A stretch of 28,464 bases of DNA from an uncultured bacterium (lineage in GTDB: Bacteria; Krumholzibacteriota; Krumholzibacteriia; Krumholzibacteriales; Krumholzibacteriaceae). This document shows positions 17,252 to 24,199 of the stretch, piece by piece (within the stretch, counting starts at the first letter, position 1; every line of letters begins with the position of its first letter). Location: positions 1 to 28,464 of the forward strand of contig CBDUYR010000035.1 of the NCBI GenBank assembly GCA_965371515.1, given 5' to 3'. The position numbers were made by a program, and so were the translations under genes. The notes beneath the pieces were generated by a model. That model was not told the DNA's origin and searched no databases. It saw nothing but the letters and a program-made list of their open reading frames with translations.

Positions 17252-18227
17252 CCTCGCCGTCCCGCTGGTCCTTCCCTCTGCCGCTTCCGGCAGGCAGTAT
17301 CGTTATCTCGAAGTTGTCCGTATCGAGAAAGTATCTCTCTATGCCGTTAGGAACGATCACCTCCGGCTCGATCAAGTACGTCCCTGCCACCTTTCCCGTC
17401 AGGTCCAGTATGACCGAGACGTCCTCGGTCGTTATCCTCCTGATGATCTCCTCGGGCCCCTCTATCGTGAGAGAGACTACCCGGGGGGAATACTCGACCG
17501 AGAAACTCTCGTTGTCGTGGAGCATCGTCGGGGGTATGTTGGCAAGGGTGCGGATGGCCCTCCTGTGGATCGACATCTCGATCAGCACCTTGTCAGGCAC
17601 GGCGCGTATATTCATGCCAGTGAGCATGAGCTCTGCCTCCTCCGAGTATTCTCCCCTGCGGCTCCTTATATCGATCTCGCTTGTAGAGATGACTTCGATC
17701 CCACCCACGACGCTCAAGGCGCCTGTTATCTTCACCCTGGCCGGGATGATCACAGGAGAGCCGTCTATTATCACGTCATCCGGTATCTCGCCCCTGTACG
17801 CTATCCTGACAGGGACCGACTTAGTGACGACCTCCTCGAAATTCAGCACGAGTGTCTTGGGGTTGTCGACGGTCACTTTCCTCGGATCGATCTGTTCGGG
17901 CAGGTTTATCACCGCCGCGGAGAGAGGCACCGTGTTGCGGCCCTTGACCGCCTTGGAGAGATCGACGGTCGCCTCGAGCCTTCCGAACAGCCTGAGCTTC
18001 ATCAGGCTGCTCCTCGAGCTGCTGATCGTGACCTCGATGAACTCGGGCACGTCGTGGATTATCGTCAGGCTGTCGGCGATCCCTGCCATCGAGAGGGGTA
18101 CCCTGAACGTCTGGTTCTCTGCTTGCTGAGCGGTGACGTGCAGCCACAGAAAAAAAGCAAAGACGAGCGACACGATCTTCGCGCCGAGGTTGCGCGTCAT
18201 CGCATTGATGATCTGGTCGAAGCTCAA
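17244..18227 (-). CDS. YbbR-like / CdaR family protein
   Basis: N...KIVSLVFAFFLW..V anchor followed by three beta-rich YbbR-type repeats (P..V.ITG, P.VVSLTIEGP, V.LDL...AGTY...P.V..P.G). Confidence 0.88.
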   Translation of the reverse strand: MSFDQIINAMTRNLGAKIVSLVFAFFLWLHVTAQQAENQTFRVPLSMAGIADSLTIIHDVPEFIEVTISSSRSSLMKLRLFGRLEATVDLSKAVKGRNTVPLSAAVINLPEQIDPRKVTVDNPKTLVLNFEEVVTKSVPVRIAYRGEIPDDVIIDGSPVIIPARVKITGALSVVGGIEVISTSEIDIRSRRGEYSEEAELMLTGMNIRAVPDKVLIEMSIHRRAIRTLANIPPTMLHDNESFSVEYSPRVVSLTIEGPEEIIRRITTEDVSVILDLTGKVAGTYLIEPEVIVPNGIERYFLDTDNFEITILPAGSGRGKDQRDGEDG

Positions 18228-18240
18228 GCAGCCTCCATTC

Positions 18241-19578
18241 CTACTCCGCCTTCGCGTAGACGGTGAGTTTCTGCCCCGGTCTTATCAGCGATGTGGTGCC
18301 GATATTGTTGAGGGTCTTGATATCCTTTATCGAACAACTGTATCTCCTCGCGATGCCGGAGAGTGTCTCGCCCCTGGAAACGGTATGGACGGCGAGCCTT
18401 ATCGGTCTCTCCTCCATGTTGTCCGGCGGATTCTCCAGCAGGTATGATACTACGCCGGACGCCACCGCCTTTGCAACCTTCCGCTGCACCGATTTTTTCT
18501 TTATCTGAGTCACGTCGCTCTTGTTCGACAGATACGCCACCTCGACCAGGGCCGATGGCATTGTCGTTCCCTGTAGAACAATGAAATTGGCCTGCCTTAC
18601 GTCATGGAAGGGAATCGATCCGATCTGCTTGAACTCCCCGGCAAGATGCTCCGCAAGTCTGGAGCTCTGATTCAGCGCCTGGTTTCGCATCATTTCGAAA
18701 AGGATCTGCCCCGTGTCCCCTTCGACCCTTTCGCCACGATTCTCTATCCTGATCTGCATGTTCTCGCGTTCGGCCACAGCGGTCGCATGCATATCGGTCG
18801 CACCTTCGGGGGAGAGGAAATATATCTCCGAACCCCTGATCCTGCGGTTGTTGTTGCCGTTCATGTGGATGCTGATGAAGCAGTGCCCTCCGTGCTCCAC
18901 CGCTATCTCGATCCTCCTGTGCCATTCTACGTCGTAATCGCCGTTCCGTGTCAGTACGGCCTTGAATCCCCTGTGCTTCTCTATCTCTTCAGCTATCATC
19001 TTCGAGAGGGGCAGCGTGTAGTATTTCTCGGCGGGGCCGTACCTCGAGGGCGCACCGGGGGCGCTTCCTCCGTGCCCGGGATCTATTATCACGACATAGT
19101 CGCCGCTCTGGGCGACCTTCCTCGCCTTTTCGGTCTTTCTGCGTTTCTCCTTAACGGTCATGATCCTGTTCACGTCGATGACGATCCGGTGACGCGGATG
19201 GATATTGTTCGGTTTGAGCGCAAAATGCCTGTAATTCGACATCGCCGGTATATCGATCACGACCTGTGCCCCGCTCGACAGCCTGTTGACCCTTACCCTG
19301 TCTACGACTCCATCCCCGACGTTCAGTTTCCGGAGCCCCGCCGCGAGCCTTCCCTTCGGGATGTCGATGACGATCCTGTCTGGGCCACTGCGGCTGGAAA
19401 CCTGGTAGACGCATTCGCTGCTCATATCGAGGACGATCCTCGTGTGCTCGGGTGCCGTCCAGTACCTCAGGTTCACGACTTCTCTTCTTGGTGGAGCAGG
19501 TTCGGCGTCGGTTTTTAAAGAAGGCATCAGCGCCACAGCAGTAACAGCGATTATTGTGATGCGGATGATACTCCTCAT
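18241..19578 (-). CDS. N-acetylmuramoyl-L-alanine amidase (AMIN + Amidase_3 + LysM), AmiC-like
   Basis: GGAGGAG RBS before ATG 19578, signal peptide, TRIVLD AMIN domain, IDPGHGG, EK, SIH.N, LVEVAYLSN, and C-terminal HTVSRGETLSGIA...LIRPGQKL. Confidence 0.93.
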   Translation of the reverse strand: MRSIIRITIIAVTAVALMPSLKTDAEPAPPRREVVNLRYWTAPEHTRIVLDMSSECVYQVSSRSGPDRIVIDIPKGRLAAGLRKLNVGDGVVDRVRVNRLSSGAQVVIDIPAMSNYRHFALKPNNIHPRHRIVIDVNRIMTVKEKRRKTEKARKVAQSGDYVVIIDPGHGGSAPGAPSRYGPAEKYYTLPLSKMIAEEIEKHRGFKAVLTRNGDYDVEWHRRIEIAVEHGGHCFISIHMNGNNNRRIRGSEIYFLSPEGATDMHATAVAERENMQIRIENRGERVEGDTGQILFEMMRNQALNQSSRLAEHLAGEFKQIGSIPFHDVRQANFIVLQGTTMPSALVEVAYLSNKSDVTQIKKKSVQRKVAKAVASGVVSYLLENPPDNMEERPIRLAVHTVSRGETLSGIARRYSCSIKDIKTLNNIGTTSLIRPGQKLTVYAKAE

Positions 19579-19687
19579 GTCGACTCTCCTCCGCGCGCAG
19601 CCGTATGCAAGGAACATCCAGCCCTCGGACATGGATAATCCGGCTGCGGGGTCGGGGCACGGTCAATGATACTTGCAGGGGAGCGGG

Positions 19688-20605
19688 TCAGTCGAAGTAG
19701 ACCCCTTCGGGGATAATATAATGCAGAGGATCTCTGTGCTGTTTCCGGAATATCACCTCGTAATGGAGATGAGGCCCGGTAGATCTTCCTGTATTGCCTA
19801 CGGCTCCCACGGTTTCCCCGCGCCTGATCCTCTGGCCGCGCCTGACGTTCATCTTGGCCAGATGGGCGTATCGGGTCTTGAAACCGTTTCCGTGGTTCAC
19901 TTCTATGGTGAGTCCCATGCTGCCGTTCTTCTTCGCCATCGTTATGACGCCGTCCGCGGTAGCCGTGACGGGCGTTCCGGTCCTCGCGAAATAGTCCACG
20001 CCCCTGTGGCGTGTGATCCTGCCGGTGAAAGGATCCATCCTCCTGCCGAACCTGCTGGAGAGAAATCCACCCCTGAGCGGCCGGATCGAGGGAGTGCAGT
20101 CGCGTATCTTCGCCTCTTCCTCGAGGATATCGATGATCTCGTTGTAGCTCTGCTTCTGGAGCTCGGTCTGCCTTATAAGCATATCGAGATCGTTCTCCAA
20201 CCCGGCGAATACATGGTCCGCCGCGCCGAGTTCCCTTTTGAGGAGCTCCGGTTCGGGACCACCTACACCGACCTGCCATACGTCCTCCGACAGCGGATCG
20301 AGACTTGCCATCAGCCTCGCCCGGTTCTGAAGCTCGAAGTTACTGCCCATCCTGCCCTTCAGACCGTCGAGTTCGGCCTCGAAGGCTACGAGCCGTCCGC
20401 GCAATTGCGCGTTTTCGCGCTCCAGCCCGGTTATCCGGTCCGAATCAATGTTGATCCCGGCATAACGCACGCCAGCAATGACGGTCGCCGCCAGAAGCGC
20501 GATCAGGCAGAGTCCAGCCACCAGGGCTGCTACCCTGCGGATACGGATCGTACGTACGCCCGCGTTGCCCTTGCGGACATACAGGAAAGTTAAATATCTG
20601 TCCAT
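19688..20605 (-). CDS. M23 family metallopeptidase with N-terminal TM and coiled coil
   Basis: SS.FG.R.DPFTG, HRGVD, TRYAHL and GNTGRSTGPHLHYEV motifs with intact zinc ligands. Start taken at ATG 20605, downstream of the promoter. Confidence 0.93.
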   Translation of the reverse strand: MDRYLTFLYVRKGNAGVRTIRIRRVAALVAGLCLIALLAATVIAGVRYAGINIDSDRITGLERENAQLRGRLVAFEAELDGLKGRMGSNFELQNRARLMASLDPLSEDVWQVGVGGPEPELLKRELGAADHVFAGLENDLDMLIRQTELQKQSYNEIIDILEEEAKIRDCTPSIRPLRGGFLSSRFGRRMDPFTGRITRHRGVDYFARTGTPVTATADGVITMAKKNGSMGLTIEVNHGNGFKTRYAHLAKMNVRRGQRIRRGETVGAVGNTGRSTGPHLHYEVIFRKQHRDPLHYIIPEGVYFD

Positions 20606-20645
20606 TTTTCCGATCGAAGCGTTAAAAAACTCCCGTTGATACCAG

Positions 20646-20674
20646 AAACTACTTTCGAGCCAACTCCCTGTCAA
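20646..20674 (-). promoter_or_regulatory. Sigma70-type promoter for the M23-amidase-cdaR-...-aspS run
   Basis: TTGACA (20674-20669), 17-bp spacer, TAGTTT (20651-20646). Confidence 0.6.
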
Positions 20675-20725
20675 GGAGTATTTACCGCCCATCTATGTGC
20701 AAATCACGTACCACGGGAGAGATAT

Positions 20726-20763
20726 AAAAAGGGCGGGGAGGGGTCTCAATACTCCTCCCCGCC
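20726..20763 (-). terminator. Intrinsic terminator of the sigma factor gene
   Basis: GGCGGGGAGG...CCUCCCCGCC stem followed by CUUUUUAU. Confidence 0.85.
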
Positions 20764-20793
20764 TCACAGGGCACATCTATCTTGTTGATACGT

Positions 20794-21657
20794 CTAGCCT
20801 TCCACGTATCCCTTGAGATATTTACTTCTCGTGCTGTGCCTCAGCCTGAGAATCGCCTTTTCCTTGATCTGGCGGATCCTCTCCCTCGTCAGGTTCATTT
20901 TCTGCCCTATTTCTTCGAGGGTCAGTGGCTCTTCGCCCTCCAGCCCGAAGTAAAGGCCCAGAATGGTCTGTTCCCTGTCGGTAAGGGTGCTGAGCGCTTT
21001 CTGCATATCATCGCTCAGGGCATTGCAATAGGTCATCTCGTCAGGCGGCGCCTGCGTATCGTCGGCCAGATAGTCGACGAGAGAGTTCTCTTCCTGGTCG
21101 TTGTTGAAGGAGGCGTCGAGGGATAGATGGCTGTTCGCTATCTGCATCGTATCCCTGACCTCGGTCGTTGACAGGTTGAGCTTTGCCGCGATCTCTTCGA
21201 CCTCGGGTGTCCTGCCGAGTTCCTGGTCGAGCTGCCTGGAGACCTTGCCGATCCTGTAAAGGGTCCCGGCTCTGTTCAGCGGCAGCCTCACGATACGGGA
21301 CTGTTCGGCCAGTGCCTGGAGCATGGCCTGTCTGATCCACCATACCGCGTAGGAGATGAACTTGAAGCCCCTCTTCTCGTCGAACCTGTGGGCTGCCTTG
21401 ATAAGGCCCATGTTGCCCTCGTTTATGAGGTCAGCAAGGGACAGCCCCTGGTTGACGTACTGCTTCGCTATGGATACGACGAATCTCAGATTCGCCTTGA
21501 CCAGGGCGTGAAGCGCCTCTTCTTCCCCATTCCTGATTCTTTCTGCAAGATCCCTTTCCTCTTCCCGTTTGAGAAGAGAAGTGTTGTTGATTTCTTTCAG
21601 GTAGAGATCGAGACTTCTCTCGCCCAGATACTCGCTATCTCTTCCTTCCGGATACAT
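20794..21657 (-). CDS. RNA polymerase sigma factor, RpoD/SigA family, short form without region 1.1
   Basis: LDLYLKEI, ANLRFVVSIAK, DLINEGNMGL, GFKFISYAVWWIRQ and LTRERIRQI motifs. ATG 21657 has a GGGGAG RBS; GTG 21666 is an alternative start. Confidence 0.95.
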   Translation of the reverse strand: MYPEGRDSEYLGERSLDLYLKEINNTSLLKREEERDLAERIRNGEEEALHALVKANLRFVVSIAKQYVNQGLSLADLINEGNMGLIKAAHRFDEKRGFKFISYAVWWIRQAMLQALAEQSRIVRLPLNRAGTLYRIGKVSRQLDQELGRTPEVEEIAAKLNLSTTEVRDTMQIANSHLSLDASFNNDQEENSLVDYLADDTQAPPDEMTYCNALSDDMQKALSTLTDREQTILGLYFGLEGEEPLTLEEIGQKMNLTRERIRQIKEKAILRLRHSTRSKYLKGYVEG

Positions 21658-21855
21658 CTTATTCACTCCCCATACTAAATTTAATCAAATTTAGCGGTTA
21701 TGTAAAGGTGGCTGCCTAAAAAAACTTCGATATCCAGCTGTCCCCTTCACCGTTTCTCTTGCCCCTTTTTCGATCCGCCAGGAGCCAATCAAGAGCTGTT
21801 CTTAATTACTCCTATTCCTGTATACACGCAAGTTGGCGAATTGTTCTAATTTTTT

Positions 21856-21923
21856 TTGGTGGGGCTGTAAAAGTTATGGATGCTTACAGACCAGACCAGG
21901 CCCGCAAAAGCACCTGACACCAA
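21856..21923 (-). ncRNA. Candidate structured RNA (three-way junction) at the 5' end of the sigma gene leader
   Basis: Closing stem UUGGUG/CACCAA encloses hairpins UCAGGU..GCCUGG and CUGUAAG..UUUACAG. The G-U pairs favour the minus strand, and it starts right at the predicted TSS. Confidence 0.35.
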
Positions 21924-21933
21924 TACGAATCAT

Positions 21934-21962
21934 ATTGTACACGAATATCACAAGTCTGTCAA
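21934..21962 (-). promoter_or_regulatory. Near-consensus sigma70 promoter upstream of the sigma gene
   Basis: TTGACA (21962-21957), 17-bp spacer, TACAAT (21939-21934). Confidence 0.8.
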
Positions 21963-22037
21963 TAGTTGATTCCACCTATATTTGATATTTTCCGTTATCC
22001 CGCCTAAAAAGGCATTGAGGGGTGTTTATTCCCCTTT

Positions 22038-22355
22038 TTATTCCGGATCCTTCTCATCCTTTATCGATTCGATCTCCTCTTCCTTCTTGCGGAGCCGGCT
22101 TTCGAGTTCCCTGACCTCGGCCACGAGCCGCTGGACGTCCTCGTCGTCGGCGGTTTTGTTTCCGCGGTGCCCCTGCTCGACTATCAGGTCGTAGACCCTG
22201 CCGCCCATCTCGGAGAAGTGCTTCTCGATCGATCTGTTCAGACCGGTTATCTCAATTTTTTTCTTGCCTATACGGGCCAGTTCGTCTGTCTTGTCATAAG
22301 CCGTCTCGTACCATTCTACGAGATTCTTCTTCACCTTGTTCCACAGGGTATCCAT
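22038..22355 (-). CDS. Small helical/coiled-coil hypothetical protein
   Basis: AAGGAGG RBS and a charged amphipathic sequence (KTDELARIGKKKIEI...EMGGRVY). Confidence 0.8.
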   Translation of the reverse strand: MDTLWNKVKKNLVEWYETAYDKTDELARIGKKKIEITGLNRSIEKHFSEMGGRVYDLIVEQGHRGNKTADDEDVQRLVAEVRELESRLRKKEEEIESIKDEKDPE

Positions 22356-22462
22356 TATCCCGCCTCCTTCACCGGCCGGGCCGGAGGTAAAAAATCTTGA
22401 ATTCTAACGCCCACTCTGACATATATCGCTCTAAACCGGTCCATCCGTGGGGAGGACAGCGC

Positions 22463-23221
22463 TTGAATGACACAGTATACTTTCTGTCGGACACACATTT
22501 CAAGTATCATAAGAAGGATCCGCATGAAAAGAGAAAGCGGGCCCTCTTCCGCGATTTTCTCGAATCGATAACGGGCGCGTCGCGCCTGTACCTCGTCGGA
22601 GACATATTCGATTTCTGGTTCGAGTACCGAAGCGTCATCCCCAGGTATTACTGCGACGTCCTCGAGACGATCGGCAGGCTTGCCGAAAGCGGAACGGAGA
22701 TCTTCATCACAGGCGGCAACCACGACCACTGGTTCGGCTCCTTCCTCCCCGAGACACTCGGAGTCAAGGTTCTACCCGGAACGGCGATCCATGATATCCA
22801 GGGACGCAGGGTGGTGATAAGCCACGGCGACACCCTTATGCCCGGCGATTACGGATACAAGACGCTGAAGGCTCTAATACGGAGCCGTCCCGTGGTAGCC
22901 TTCGCGAAGCTCCTTCATCCCGACCTGCTCTACGCCTTCGCCGCCTCCTTCTCGAGGACGAGCAAGGGACTTACTCACGGCAAGACCGAGGCATGCGCCG
23001 ACAGGCTGACCGGCATGGCCGCGGAGAATTTCTTCAACGATGGTAATGACGCCTTCGTGATGGGTCACGTTCACCTTCCTCGCCTCCGGGACTTCGCCGG
23101 AAAGACCTTTATAATCCTCGGCGACTGGGAGACGCATTTCTCCTATGCCCGCCTTGAAGATGGCCGGTTCACCCTGGAGAGTTATCAGAGCGAAGGTGAT
23201 ACGGTAAGCGAAAACCTGTGA
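22463..23221 (+). CDS. lpxH: UDP-2,3-diacylglucosamine diphosphatase (LpxH-like metallophosphoesterase)
   Basis: YFLSDTH, LVGDIFDFWFEY, GNHD, HGD and MGHVHLP motifs; TTG start at 22463 behind GGGAGG. Confidence 0.85.
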   Translation: MNDTVYFLSDTHFKYHKKDPHEKRKRALFRDFLESITGASRLYLVGDIFDFWFEYRSVIPRYYCDVLETIGRLAESGTEIFITGGNHDHWFGSFLPETLGVKVLPGTAIHDIQGRRVVISHGDTLMPGDYGYKTLKALIRSRPVVAFAKLLHPDLLYAFAASFSRTSKGLTHGKTEACADRLTGMAAENFFNDGNDAFVMGHVHLPRLRDFAGKTFIILGDWETHFSYARLEDGRFTLESYQSEGDTVSENL

Positions 23222-24105
23222 GCATCGCCCAGGTCGTAGTCGATCGGCATGTAGGCGTAATCGAACGTCAGCCTGTTCCATACGATACCGGCACCCATGG
23301 TAGCGCCCTGGACGTCGTATCCGTTCTTGTAGCCGAACCTCAGCATCAGCGCCCTCTGGTACGCGTACTCGATGCCGAAGTGCGTCTTGGCATCGTTGTC
23401 GTTCGGGAAGACGACGTCAGCGGCAAGGATGAGCCCGCCGTGCAGGGCTTCTTTTCTTATCTCGTAGGCTCCGCCGAGCCTGAGCTGGAAGGGAGGATAG
23501 AACTTCTCCTCGACGAAACTCGTCTGGGGACCGAGGTTCAACATCGCCGCAGCGAGGATAAGGCCCTCGATCTTCGTCCTGTGAGTCACGCCCAGATCGA
23601 ACGCGTACCCGGTGGCCGACTCGAAATCGATCTTTGAATAGATGATCTTGAATGCCGCTCCGAGTGCGACATTGGGGACAATGTCCCTGGCATAGCCGAA
23701 AGACAGCGCCATGTCGTACGGCGAAAAGGTCCCGTCCGGCGTAAGCGACGGGGACTCGCCGTACCTGTCAAGGCTGCCGTAGTAAAGGCCGGTGAAGCTG
23801 AGCCCCGCCGCCCCCCCCCACATCTCGTTCACCACGGTGGCCTGCTCGAACCTGATGCCCATCAGCCACTCGTTGTGTGTGAGGTTGAGCTCGACTTCCT
23901 CGACGGCCGCCATTCCGGCGGGATTCCAGTAGATACTGGTCGCGTCGTCCGCTACGGCGGTGAAGGCCTCGCCCATACCACCGGCCCTCGCTCCGTTTCC
24001 CAACCTGAGAAACGTAAAACCCGATGAGCCAGGCTCGCCTGCCGAGGCGAAGGCGGTCGTGACGATCAGCAGCGCCGCGGCCAGCGGAACGGTATAGCGG
24101 GACAT
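23185..24105 (-). CDS. PorV/PorQ family outer-membrane beta-barrel protein
   Basis: FL.LG.GAR..GMGEAFTAVADDATSIYWNPAG, AFDLG, NLG, LR.GY and FDYAY motifs. ATG 24105 has a GGAGG RBS and a signal peptide. Confidence 0.88.
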   Translation of the reverse strand: MSRYTVPLAAALLIVTTAFASAGEPGSSGFTFLRLGNGARAGGMGEAFTAVADDATSIYWNPAGMAAVEEVELNLTHNEWLMGIRFEQATVVNEMWGGAAGLSFTGLYYGSLDRYGESPSLTPDGTFSPYDMALSFGYARDIVPNVALGAAFKIIYSKIDFESATGYAFDLGVTHRTKIEGLILAAAMLNLGPQTSFVEEKFYPPFQLRLGGAYEIRKEALHGGLILAADVVFPNDNDAKTHFGIEYAYQRALMLRFGYKNGYDVQGATMGAGIVWNRLTFDYAYMPIDYDLGDAHRFSLTVSPSL

Positions 24106-24134
24106 CTTTCCTCCATTCATTGTCATCTCTATAT

Positions 24135-24163
24135 ATTCTAGTAAAAAACAGCGCCCGGGTCAA
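24135..24163 (-). promoter_or_regulatory. Sigma70-type promoter for the PorV-family gene
   Basis: TTGACC (24163-24158), 17-bp spacer, TAGAAT (24140-24135). Confidence 0.65.
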
Positions 24164-24199
24164 CATCAACGCCCACTTGCGTCCGGGCCTCACATATTT

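Noticed and set aside
19579..19687. c-di-AMP (ydaO) riboswitch upstream of the amidase
   Set aside because: The region is short and I could not find the ydaO conserved motifs; it is kept only as a generic hairpin.
19688..21657. Analogy to the nlpD-rpoS locus
   Set aside because: The order is reversed, a strong terminator and a separate promoter lie between the genes, the M23 has intact zinc ligands and no LysM, and the sigma is not RpoS-like.
21821..21846. GAAC...GTGTATA ECF-like promoter in the sigma leader
   Set aside because: It is too degenerate to assign without knowing the genome's ECF repertoire.
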